Positions 53,045 through 64,000 of a DNA stretch of 64,000 nt are shown piece after piece. The notes under the pieces were generated by a model. That model worked only from the letters and a program-made list of their open reading frames with translations, searched no databases and was not told the DNA's origin. Each line of letters opens with the position of its first letter. The stretch's first letter is position 1. The position numbers and the translations under genes were made by a program. This stretch comes from Octopus sinensis (Eukaryota): the NCBI RefSeq assembly GCF_006345805.1, contig NC_042997.1, positions 51,522,001-51,586,000 on the forward strand, given 5' to 3'.

Positions 53045-54014
53045 CTGTAAATCCTCGAGTATAATCCGCATTTCCCCCAAAAAATTTAAAGGTCAAAATC
53101 CCTAGTGCGTACTATATACGAGGTTAAAAATGAAAAATATTTTCTAAGCAATGTCCGAGTCTCTATTTACTGTCCTGCAATGTTTATTCAGATGCATTTT
53201 GTGATGTCAGGCACGAAAATACCTTAAGCTAAGCCTGAAAGCAATGAAGTCATAAAAGAATCATCCATAACTTGCAGTAAGCAACATTTATTAAAATAAA
53301 AGTATTCAGAACACAGAATAGCATGTAACAAAAACAATTTGCAAACATATTTACATTCCCATATAACAGTTAAGAACATCACCGTTATTGTATTACACAT
53401 GTGCAGAAGTGTTTGTTCGACTAGGTGTTGCTGGCTTAATTACACACGAATTGTACTTAATAGTTTAGCGCTAAATAGTTCATCCTGCTGTTTGTATTGG
53501 CAGTTTGCATCATTACCGTGGCAAACAATAGATACTTAATTAAATACCAGTATTAAATGTTTGAACTACTGTGGGTCTTTACTAGGGTTTTTTATAAGTG
53601 GGACTTAAACCTGTACTTTAATCTCCAATAAAACATTTTATACATTACATGCCCATAAAATGCCTCATAGATTTTATTCAGCTATGTTTAAACTTGAAGT
53701 TATATCATATGCTGAAGAGCATGGTAATAGGGCTGCCGGAAGAAAATTTGGTGTTGACAAAAGCAATGTCAGGTTATGGAGAAGAAATAAAGATGAAATT
53801 AAACAGATGCCAAAGATAATGAAGGCAAGAAGGCAATAAAAAAGGACATTACCGTATACATTTTTATAAACCAAGAATGTTATATAGACCTCCTTGACTC
53901 AAGTTAGAGAAGGGGTGCATATTATACTCAAGGTTTAGGTTTTTCAGAGGTACAGCCCCCTAAAAATCCCCTGCGTATTATACTCAAGGGTGGACTATAC
54001 TCGAGGATTTATGG
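53045..54014 (+). mobile_element. Non-autonomous Tc2/pogo-group element (970 bp)
   Basis: TA|CTGTAAATCCTCGAGTATAATCC ... GGACTATACTCGAGGATTTATGG|TA; subterminal copies of gcgtaYtatactcRagg. Confidence 0.85.
53660..53839 (+). CDS. 59-aa Brinker-type DNA-binding domain of a pogo-group transposase
   Basis: MPHRFYSAMFKLEVISYAEEHGNRAAGRKFGVDKSNVRLWRRNKDEIKQMPKIMKARRQ*; below the ORF-track cutoff. Confidence 0.8.
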   Translation: MPHRFYSAMFKLEVISYAEEHGNRAAGRKFGVDKSNVRLWRRNKDEIKQMPKIMKARRQ

Positions 54015-54237
54015 TAATATCAAGACAAGAAGACACAAACATGCACTCACACACATACAACTGGCTTCTTTCAGTTTCTATCCACCAAATCTACTCATAA
54101 GGCTTTATTCAGCCCAGGACTATTGTAGAAGATTTTCTGTCCAAGTTGCCACACAGTGGAGCTCAATCTGAAACCATGTGGTTGGAAAGCAAATTTCTTG
54201 GTTACACATTTATGCCTGTACCTATATATATATATAT

Positions 54238-54582
54238 AATTTTATAATTATAATAGGGCACACAAGGTGCCAGAATTGCTGTAAAAATCCTCTCACAAAC
54301 CACCAATCACTGGGAAAACAACAGGCACAACAGAAATCAGGCAGTGAGCAAAGAAATTAACTTTCCTTCTTGGCTTTCTGGGAACACATGTTCACAAAAA
54401 ACTTACCATCTCAGCTGAAAGCCGAGATGGTGAGTTAATTTCTTTGCTCATCGCCTGATTCCTGTTGTACCTGTTGTATTCCCAGTGATTGGTGGTTTAT
54501 TAGAGGATCATTTGACTCTAATTTTTACAGCAATGCCAGCACTTTGTGTGCCTTATTATAATTATGAATTAATTATAAAATT
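54238..54582. repeat. About 345-bp foldback (MITE-like)
   Basis: ggcacacaag..attgctgtaaaaa..aaaccaccaatcactgggaa.acaacagg..gagcaaagaaattaact and its reverse complement; inner hairpin aacttaccatctcagctgaaagccgagatggtgagtt. Confidence 0.85.
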
Positions 54583-54810
54583 TTGGATTTACCAATTATC
54601 AGCTTTTGCTTGCTGGCCACTTATATTATTGTTGTTATTATTTATTTTACTAATAATAATAATTAATAATGATATCTACATATGTATTTTTTTTAATATT
54701 TATTCATTTATATATATATAATGAGCTTTTAGTTTCCACCTACCAAATCTACTCACAATCCTTTGATTAGCCCAAGGATATTGTAGAAGATACACAAGGT
54801 GCTGTATTGA

Positions 54811-55261
54811 CCCAATTTGCTAACTTTCCAATGGCACAGAAGTGACGATGAATTGTTGAATGACCAAATCCAAGCTTCTCTGCTAGTTCCTCAACAGTTA
54901 TGATGGGATTTTGTTCCACGAGGGTTTGCAGGACATCCTCATCAAGCTCCACGGATCTTCCAGGATGAGGTTCATCTTCTAGGCTGTAACTTCCGGCTTG
55001 GAATTTCTGGAACCACCGTTGACACTGGCTCACACTTATTATCCGATCCCCATATACTGTCTTGAGATTCCTCGCACTTTCCATTGCATTGTTACCTTTA
55101 TTGAACTCATAAGGCAAAATATGCTAAATATGCTCCTTTGTCATAAGTCATGGTAAAATTACTACCTGCTTAGAGCCAGTCAATGCAGGTAGTTTATCCC
55201 TTCCCACTTCGACTTTTAGTTCATGCACTTGAAAAATATCATTATTTATGGGATGACCCAA
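54811..55261 (-). mobile_element. mariner 5' fragment
   Basis: TIR-like TTGGGTCATCCCATAAATAATG; YEFNKGNNA..RNLKTVYG..CQRWFQKF...EDEPHPGR..ELAEKLG. Confidence 0.85.
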
Positions 55262-55496
55262 TTTATATATATAATAACTGTGTGCATATTATTTTTAATG
55301 TGTGTATAATGTGTGTACATATATAGAACACCACTAGCTACTATTTGTCTCTAAGAACAATGTCTCTTTAGAGATTGTATGTTAAAAACACAACAAACTT
55401 CAAATGCTGGGGCATTGTAAAAAATATTCTCATTTATATATTATAAATATATATATATGTGTGCACATACATGTATATATGTATGTATGTATGTGT

Positions 55497-56600
55497 AGGG
55501 TGAGGGTTGGAAATGTGTACAGTGAAGAATTCCGGGTAGAGGTAGGAGTCCACCAAGGCTCAGTACTCAGCCCCCTCCTATTTATCATAGTCCTCCAGGC
55601 AATAACGGAGGAATTCAAGACAGGATGCCCTTGGGAGCTCCTCTATGCTGATGACCTTGCTCTAATTGCTGAGTCGCTATCAGAACTGGAGGAGAAGTTT
55701 CAGGTGTGGAAACAAGGATTAGAATCGAAGGGCCTCAGAGTCAATCTAGCTAAAACCAAAGTCGTAATCAGTAGGAAGGTAGACAAATCACAAACACCTT
55801 CAGGTAGATGGCCCTGCTCGATCTGTAGAAAAGGTGTAGGTAGAAACTCTATAAGATGCACCAAGTGTAAGCTATGGACACATAAGAGATGCAGCAATGT
55901 CAAAGGAAGGCTAACTAGGAAGATGGTTTTTGTATGTGGCAGATGCTCAGGAACAATAAACACTGAAAATGCTCTGAGACCAACTTCCGTCACTTTCCAG
56001 GGAGAAAAACTAGAAATAGTTGATAGTTTCCGTTACCTAGGTGACCAAGTCAGCAGCGGGGGCGGGTGTGCTGAAAGTGTAACTGCTAGAGTAAGAATAG
56101 CTTGGGCAAAGTTCAGAGAGCTCTTACCTCTACTGGTGACAAAAGGCCTCTCGCACAGAGTGAAAGGCAGACTGTATGATGCGTGTGTACGAACAGCCAT
56201 GCTACATGGCAGTGAAACATGGGCCGTGACTGCTGAGGATATGTGTAAGCTCGCTAGAAATGAAGCCAGTATGCTCCGATGGATGTGTAATGCCGGTACT
56301 CACACTCGGCAGAGTGTAAGTACCTTGAGAGAAAAGCTGGACCTAAGAAGCATCAGTTGTGGTGTGCAAGAGAGACGTTTGCGCTGGTATGGTCATGTGG
56401 CGAGAATGGATGAAGATAGTTGTGTGAAAAAGTGCCACACCCTAGCGGTTGAGGGAACCTGTGGAAGAGGCAGACCCAGGAAAACCTGGGACGAGGTGGT
56501 GAAGCACGACCTTCGAACTTTAGGTCTCACTGAGGAAATGACTAGAGACCGAGACCTCTGGAAGTGTGCTGTGCGCGAGAAGACCCGGCAGGACAAGTGA
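55497..56600 (+). CDS. RTE reverse transcriptase C-terminal part with an embedded C4HC3 finger
   Basis: GVHQGSVLSPLLF, LLYADD, NLAKTK, FRYLG, LHGSETW, RRLRWYGHV, GRGRPRKTW; the first 31 aa of the tracked ORF are flanking microsatellite. Confidence 0.9.
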   Translation, partial: RVRVGNVYSEEFRVEVGVHQGSVLSPLLFIIVLQAITEEFKTGCPWELLYADDLALIAESLSELEEKFQVWKQGLESKGLRVNLAKTKVVISRKVDKSQTPSGRWPCSICRKGVGRNSIRCTKCKLWTHKRCSNVKGRLTRKMVFVCGRCSGTINTENALRPTSVTFQGEKLEIVDSFRYLGDQVSSGGGCAESVTARVRIAWAKFRELLPLLVTKGLSHRVKGRLYDACVRTAMLHGSETWAVTAEDMCKLARNEASMLRWMCNAGTHTRQSVSTLREKLDLRSISCGVQERRLRWYGHVARMDEDSCVKKCHTLAVEGTCGRGRPRKTWDEVVKHDLRTLGLTEEMTRDRDLWKCAVREKTRQDK

Positions 56601-57215
56601 GTCCATAACCCGTGGCCTTCTACATGGGATGGAGCCAGCCTACGTATGCATACCATCCCTTCTTGGGACACAAAACTCTACTTGTGAAGACGTGATGAGG
56701 CAAGTGAGGATCAGAATCGAAATCGATCAATGGAAATTGCGGATGTGCTACCAGTGCCAGTGGCATGTCAAAACTCTGCTTGTGAAGACCCGTTGAGGCA
56801 AGTGACGATCAGAATCGAAATCGATCAATGGAAATCGATCAATGGAAATTGCAGATGTGTTACCAGTGCCGGTGGCATGTAAGAGAACTTTCCGTTTCGT
56901 GACCGTTGCCAGCACCGCCTCGTTTCGTGTCCGTTGCCAGCCTCGCCTGGCCCTCGTGCCGGTGGCACATAAAAAGCACCATCCGTTCGTGGCCGTTTGC
57001 CAGCTCTGTCTGGCACCAGTGCGGATGGCACGTAAAAAGCACCCACTACACTCACGGAGTGGTTGGCGTTAGGAAGGGCATCCAGCCGTAGAAACACTGC
57101 CAGATTTGACTGGGCCTGATGAAGCCTTCTGGCTTCACAGACCCCAGTAGAACCGTCCAACCCATGCTAGCATGGAAAACGGACGCTAAACGATGATGAT
57201 GATGATGATGATGAT
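55497..57215 (+). mobile_element. Young 5'-truncated RTE LINE with full 3' UTR and (GAT)n tail
   Basis: Intact frame, CpG-rich, inserted into a microsatellite. Confidence 0.92.
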
Positions 57216-57353
57216 ATATGTGTGTGTGTGTGTATGTTTATATGTGTGTGTGTGTGTGTGTATATATATATGTGTGTGTGTATATATATATATGTGTATA
57301 TATATAAATATATATATATATACACACACATATATATATATACACACACACAC

Positions 57354-57386
<33 letters not shown>

Positions 57387-57407
57387 TATAAACATACACA
57401 CACACAC

Positions 57408-57785
57408 ATAATAAATTTCAGAAAACATAATGAAATTATTTAACTATCTTAAAGTAGGCAAATATTTCCTTTAGAAATTGCAAAGAAGGACATAAGATTT
57501 AACACTGAGTGTAAATATATACATAAAGATATACCAAATCAATACAATGTACTAACAACCTTTTACACATGTAAAGTTCACAGGAACACATCAAACATTA
57601 TATATATATATATACATACATATATATATATATATATACATACACATACATATATATATTATAGTACATACATATATATATATATACACATACACATATA
57701 TATATACACATACATATATATATACATATACATACATATATATATATACATATACATACATACATATATATGTATATATTACATA

Positions 57786-57834
<49 letters not shown>

Positions 57835-57868
57835 ATATATGTGTATATAATATATATATATATATATT

Positions 57869-57920
<52 letters not shown>

Positions 57921-59270
57921 GGAGTGGTTGGTGTTAGGAAGGGCATCCAGCTGTAGAAACACTGCCAGATCAGACTGGGCTTGGTGCAGCCTTCTGGCTT
58001 CCCAGACCCCAGTTGAACCGTCCAACCCATGCTAGCATGGAAAGCGGACGTTAAACGATGATGATGATATATATAAATATATATATATATATATCATCAT
58101 CGTTTAACGTCCGCTTTCCATGCTAGCATGGGTTGGACGGTTCAACTGGGGTCTAGGAAGCCAGAAGGCTGCACCAAGCCCAGTCTGATCTGGCAGTGTT
58201 TCTACAGCTGGATGCCCTTCCTAACACCAACCACTCCGTGTATATATATATTATATATATGTGTGTGTGTGTATATATATTATAGTACATACATATATAT
58301 ATATATATACATATATATGTATGTATGTATATGTATATATATATGTATGTATATGTATATATATATGTATGTATATGTATATATGTATGTATATATATAT
58401 ATATATATATATACATATATATGTATGTATGTATATGTATATATATATATGTATGTATATGTATATATATATGTATGTATATGTATATATATATGTATGT
58501 ATATGTATATATATATGTATGTGTGTATATATATATATGTATATATATAGGAGATAAATAAAAATATATGCATACATACAAACATATATGTACGTACCTA
58601 CATCTACATGTATATATACATGCATACATAAATAATTATACGGAAGTACAGGACATCACAATAAGACGTAGAAACAGAAAAAGCCAAAAAAAAAAAAACA
58701 AGAAAACGGAAAACGAAAAACAAATACAGGACAGGTTACACAAGGACAAAACCCCCGTCATCAGCTGTCGCTAGAGGAGTCAGGCATGTTTCGAAGGCTA
58801 ACAGAACACTAATCCAATAGGCCTTCCTGCGAGAGAATTAAAATAAAATTTCAAGCAGCGGGGCACAATGAGTACGAACACAAACAAGACGTAACAATAA
58901 GACTGCAAAATTAAAATACATGTACAAAAAACAAACACAAGAGGACGAACGAAAAAGCCTTTTTTTCTGGCATAGACAAACAATAAAACTGCAAAAATAA
59001 AAATACATGTACAAAAAGTAACTAGTAGTTACAAAACGAGAAAATAACAAGAATAATACAGGAAATTAACCACACATGGGGACGAACGAAGAAGCCTTTT
59101 GCTGGCGAGGACGAAAGTGTAGTAGCAGCGCGTGGAAGCAGTCTTTTCAATAGTGGTAACCACGTGTAAGGAATTTTGTTTTATAGGCAAGGAAGAGGGA
59201 AGGAGGAGGGGGACACATATATATATATATGATGATGATATGTATGTACTATATATATATGTATGTGTTA

Positions 59271-59306
<36 letters not shown>

Positions 59307-59492
59307 ATGTTTGATGTGTTCCTGTGAACTTTACATGTGTAAAAGGTTGTTAGTACATTGTATGATTGGTATATCTTTATGTATATTTACACTCAGTGTC
59401 AAATATTATGTCCTTCTTTGCAATTTCTAAAGGAAATATTTGCCTACTTTAAGATAGTTAAATAATTTCATTATGTTTTTCTGAAATTTATT
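57408..59492. repeat. Large inverted duplication centred near 58080
   Basis: Unique about 190-bp arms at 57408-57600 and 59305-59492; RTE-tail arms at 57918-58067 and 58094-58243 are identical but for about 1 base and share the same truncation point. Confidence 0.9.
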
Positions 59493-59558
59493 TTGTAGCT
59501 TCGAATGAATTTTCCACCATTGCTGGGGTTTTTTCCTGGGGTGGTAGTAGTTGTGGGA
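59448..59558 (-). CDS. Candidate exon ([37 protein letters not shown])
   Basis: gttcttttttttattag| 111 nt open in phase 0 |gtaggc. Confidence 0.4.
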
Positions 59559-60233
59559 CTAATAAAAAAAAGAACAGTGCAAATTATAATTTCAAAATTT
59601 CACTGAATAATTTCTCAACTTGAAGATAATGTTGAATAAACTACAAGGAAATTTAAGTTTTTGCCAAAGCATAAAATAAAAATTGCCTTCATTTCAAGTA
59701 TAAGTATTTAGTATATTGTAATTTTAGTCCTTATAATCTGTACACAAAATCTTCTTAAATAACATGTGATCAAGTGATGACTCAGAGAATAAAAGAGGAT
59801 TAATGATCAATAATAGACAATTATTTCTAATCCTTACCTTTAGGTAATTTACCTTATATTCTAATTAAAATCTTTTTTTATAACCTCCTTTGAAAGTGAA
59901 ATTCAGAGCTCTCAGCTTAATAATTTCATAGTTTTCTATTGATAACCTGTACCTATAATGTAAGTTTGATTCATCAGTTTCAAATTTTAGAGGAGGGGAT
60001 AAGTCGATTGCATTAACCCCAGTGCTCACCTAGTATCTATTTTATCAATCCAAAGAGGATAAAAGGCAAAATCAATCTTGGCAAAATTTGAACTCAGAAC
60101 ATAAAGATGAATGAAATGCCACTAAGCATTTTGCTCAGCATCCTAATGATTCAAATAATGTTTAGATTGACTTTCTCTGTGAAGATTAATAACAGTTTGA
60201 ATACTGTTGAACAGTAACATTTATTTCAAATAC

Positions 60234-60285
60234 TTTTTTCGTATTCTCTGGCTGCTGGTGCACCACAATAATGTGGATGTTTTTA
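60234..60285 (-). CDS. Candidate exon (xKNIHIIVVHQQPENTKK)
   Basis: ataatttcag| 52 nt |gtattt; phase 2>0 bridges the neighbouring candidates. Confidence 0.3.
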
Positions 60286-61436
60286 CTGAAATTATTTTGT
60301 GTACCTCATATAGTAAGACCAGTTAATAGTAGAGTGTTATATTGTGAAAATCTTGCTAGTTACTATGGTGTCAACTCTACCTGTCTATCTATCTTTCACA
60401 CACACACTCTCTCTCTCAACAACAACCTGTCATTTTGAGTGAAAAGCTTTTTTTTAAAGTCTGTTGCATTGTCTATGTGTTGAAAGACATACAGAAACAC
60501 ATACACACACACACACTAACAACTAAAACAATATTATACATATACATATAAGTGAGACAGAAAATACAGCTGGTGAATAATGTATGGACAGACTTGCACT
60601 TAAAATTCCCTTGCTTTCAATCAAAACTTGTTACTTACTATCATGACAACATTCTGTTTTTCTATTTTTCACACCCACTCTTGCTCTCTTTCCCCCCTCT
60701 CTATTTCTCTCCCAATAACAATTTTTTCTCTCTTCCCTTTCTTCCCCTCCTTCACATATATCTTATGATGAACAGACAGTGATCAACTTGTCTTTTATAA
60801 TATAAAGATACAAAAAGTTCAATTGTTATCTTTCCTTAATATTTGAACAACATTTATCAAATATTGTCGATCTCAAGAGGTTTAGCAACAGCTATCATTT
60901 TTAATATATATATTTGCATATTTAAATTTCTGAGCAGTCACCATACTTCAGATATTTTGATTGATCTCATTTTAATGGTTTAAATTCTTTCTTTATTTAC
61001 TTCAAAGAAAAAAAATATATTTTCTTTCTTTTCTTCCTCAACTATAATTGTTTACAAAAAGGTAAAGTGAATTTGTAGTAACTTTCCCTTCAAAATAAAA
61101 AAAATTCAACTCCTCATCTTCATTATTTTTCTTTAAATTATATGGATAAACTTATTTCTCTACTTTACTGATCTTGTTGACATTTTCTGTGAAAAGGATA
61201 GGAATTTTTTTGTTTTGTGTTAATTTCTCAGATTTTCAAATATAAATGATATTTAAAATTATTCCACCAAAAATTAGAAAATTATTTATCTTACTCTTCC
61301 CTGAAAAAGCATTCAAAGTAAAAAACTGAACTAACAGCCTTGCATCATGCACCGAAGTCATCAAGTAAGGCTGTACCTTCTTCATAAATTCACTTAGAAA
61401 TTTTAACCCTTTTATTAACAATGCACCTGATCTCAC

Positions 61437-61476
61437 CTTTTGGTTCTATGATACAAATTTTCTGCTTGAAAGTGAT
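61437..61476 (-). CDS. Candidate exon (xHFQAENLYHRTK or ITFKQKICIIEPK)
   Basis: gttttttttttag| 40 nt ending AAG |gtgaga. Confidence 0.4.
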
Positions 61477-62058
61477 CTAAAAAAAAAACTATCCATTAAA
61501 ATTTCTTGCTAATGTCCCAAACACCAGATTAGTAATGGTATTTATTTGAACTCAGAACGTAAAAACAGATGAAATACCACTGAGCATTTCGCCCAGCATG
61601 TTAACATTTCTGCCAGTTCGCTGCCATAACTTAAACAAAAATATTGAGATACACATCTTTACATCTCTTCCATGTTACTCGTGAAAACCCTGCTCTTGCA
61701 CAGAGCTCCATCAATCCATGTAAAAGAATTGTGTACTTGATTCTGTATTACCTTTTGTTTTGTTGATTTAAGGGTTTTCAAAGTTTGCCTCTCCTTGCTA
61801 CAGGTACTTCATTCATCAAAGTTATATTCAACACAGTGTTTCAATACTTCACATATATTTTTCATGTGGTTGATGTTTCTGATTTTTATTTCCCTCAGGC
61901 TTTCTCTTTCTGTGTGTCTCTCTCTCCCTCCTTTCCTCGCTCCCTCCCTCCTGCCCTACCTACCTACTGATATATGTATATATATATATGTCTGGGATTA
62001 CTCATATCAGACGGGTGTGTTCGATTTTTAGTGCTCTCAAATTTAAACCTAACGAAAT

Positions 62059-62142
62059 CTTGGGCTGATGACGGAAATATTGATAGGAGTATGTATTTCT
62101 AGCATCTCTATATCCAACTAATCCAGAAACGGCGTTCTCAAG
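62059..62142 (+). ncRNA. Type-I hammerhead motif with extended stem II, in a PLE-type remnant (about 61990-62230)
   Basis: cttggg-CTGATGA-cgga...tcca-GAAAC-ggc-GTT-ctcaag. Confidence 0.5.
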
Positions 62143-62328
62143 TAATCGATGTACGTGTGATCTTTCTTTATTTTTCCCTCTATACCTACGTGAATTATTT
62201 TTGAGTATACCTTGTCTGGGAGACTTTTCTTATAGTAGAGGAAATAGCTAAAATTTTTTGGCTGCTATTTCTAAAAGTTCAGTGTGTGGTAAAGTAAATT
62301 TTTTTACTGAACCCTAATTATATAATAT

Positions 62329-62377
<49 letters not shown>

Positions 62378-63050
62378 TTATATATATATATATACCTTCG
62401 TCTCTATTGATCTGGCAACCACTGGAATGAGGATACTGGAATGAGGGCGATAATAAGACCAGGATATGTCAAGTATTGTCACTATATACCATAGAGCAGG
62501 TTGTTGTTCTCTGTGCTGCATTGCTTTTTTTTTTTTTTCCATTTCTAATTAATTCGGACTTTGGTTCATCAAACCAGTTTAAAATTACTTTGATTTTGAA
62601 TTAATTCACTTGATTTCATTTGCGATATTTAAGCATTTTCCATGTTTATCTCTTCTCTTTAAGGATACTGTCTTGATTAACTAAAATGATTGCACTCCAT
62701 TTTGTTAGCACTTAATTAACTCTATATCAATAACTCTATAATAAATAAGTTAGCTTTATTCAATGCTTCTGCAGTGTGATTAAATGGGATGCTAAAAGTA
62801 GGGAACTAATAAGAAATTAGATATAGAGACAAAGTTAATGTGTGGAAACTTCAGATCACAGTTTGATTGAACAAAGGAAGTCCCACATTCTGTTTACTAG
62901 TTAGCTTAGGAAGGATGAAGTGGTGAGATAATGTTAAATGTGGCAGAAAATGAATAAGAAATATTGCAGGTTAGTCAGTACATGGGAATGGGATCAATTT
63001 TGAGCAGCAACAAGTCAGCCTACCATATTTTCTCGTGTGTGTATGTGTGT

Positions 63051-63412
63051 GGAGGCACAATGGCCCAGTGGTTAGAGCAGTGGACTCGCAGTTGTAAGAT
63101 TGCAGTTTTGATTCCCAGAGTGGGCGTTGTGAGTGTTTATTGAGCAAAAACACCTAAAGCTCCACGAGGCTCCGGCAGGAGGTGGTGGCAAACCCTGCTG
63201 TACTCTTTCACCACAACTTTCTTTCACTCTTCCTTCCTGTTTCTGTTGTACCTGTATTGTCACACCTGTATCTCTCCAAGAACTACGTTAAGGGGTACAG
63301 TCTGTGGAGTGCTCAGCCACTTGCACATTAATTTCACGAGCAGGCTGTTCCGTTGATCGGATCAACTGGAACCCTCGTCATCGTAACCGACGAAGTGCCA
63401 TGATGATGATGA
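63051..63412 (+). mobile_element. SINE family 3 (tRNA-derived)
   Basis: ggcacaatggcccagtggttagagcag...gttttgattccc head; 3' ggctgttccgttgatcggatcaactgg...gtgcc(atg)n. Confidence 0.75.
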
Positions 63413-63549
63413 TCATCATCGTTTAACTTTTGGGTTTCAGTTTTTAATAACTTCCTTAACTTTACAAATAAATGCATGAAATTTTGATCCAATACAAAGG
63501 ACATAATGGAAATTAATATGCACAAGTCAAATTTTGCAACACAACTACA

Positions 63550-63900
63550 TCATATGCGAAAAATGACATCGCTTAAATAGCAGCCATTTTCAGATTTACA
63601 TGCCCGTGCTCTTTCCAGAGCTTTCACCATAACACCCTCAAGAGTTTCAGACCCCACTTCTCTGATTTCTCTATTGATGTTCTCCTTCAGTTGAACCAAG
63701 GTATCCAGTTTGTTAACATAAACCCACTCTTTCAGGTATCCCCCACAAGAAAAAATCCTGGCTAGTCAAGTCTGGAGACTGTGAAGGCCAGTTGTCATTG
63801 CTGTAGTGGGAGATTATTCTCTTTCCAAAGCACTGCTATAGTAACTGCATTGTTTCCTTTGCAGTATGAGCAGTTGCCCCATCTTGCTGGAACCATGTGT
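63550..63900 (-). mobile_element. Tc1/mariner transposase C-terminal relic with D41D spacing
   Basis: WFQQDGATAHT...WPSQSPDLTSQDFFLWG.YLKE; 41 residues between the two Asp; one stop, one frameshift. Confidence 0.8.
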
Positions 63901-63904
63901 GAGG

Positions 63905-64000
63905 TCTGCTTTGAATGGCCTTCATGTTCTCCAGACTTGACTAGCCCAGATTTTTTCTTGTGGGGATACCTGAAAGAGAGGGTTTATGTCAAGAAACCGG
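63905..64000 (+). mobile_element. Second fragment of the same family, opposite orientation, running off the window
   Basis: WPSCSPDLTSPDFFLWGYLKERVYVKKP. Confidence 0.8.

Noticed and set aside
55404-55496. N-terminus of the 398-aa ORF
   Set aside because: Flanking unique and microsatellite DNA; the RTE is 5'-truncated at about 55497, so this is not a real start

Overview
AT-rich, repeat-dense eukaryotic DNA. It is very probably octopus (cephalopod): this is an inference from the SINE families, the (GAT)n-tailed RTE LINE ends and the (TA)n/(CA)n load. There is a 100-N scaffold gap at 722-821. No complete host gene can be read. Most ORFs in the track are microsatellite artefacts or transposon relics. 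Recognisable elements: Penelope-like (PLE) RT/GIY-YIG relics, several RTE and CR1 LINE fragments, mariner, pogo/Tc2 and D41D Tc1-mariner elements, piggyBac-type and Tigger-type MITEs, a non-autonomous Helitron and at least three tRNA-derived SINE families. Scattered splice-bounded segments and a CpG-poor central domain suggest the window lies largely in the introns of one or more unidentified genes. The most interesting signals are: (i) a set of minimal type-I hammerhead ribozyme motifs in PLE-like remnants, two with intact catalytic cores; (ii) a young RTE whose RT carries an in-frame C4HC3 PHD-type finger; (iii) a Tc2/pogo deletion derivative that keeps only an intact Brinker-type DNA-binding ORF; (iv) several long foldbacks, including a 2-kb inverted duplication that may be an assembly artefact. 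All family calls are by eye and no database search was run.
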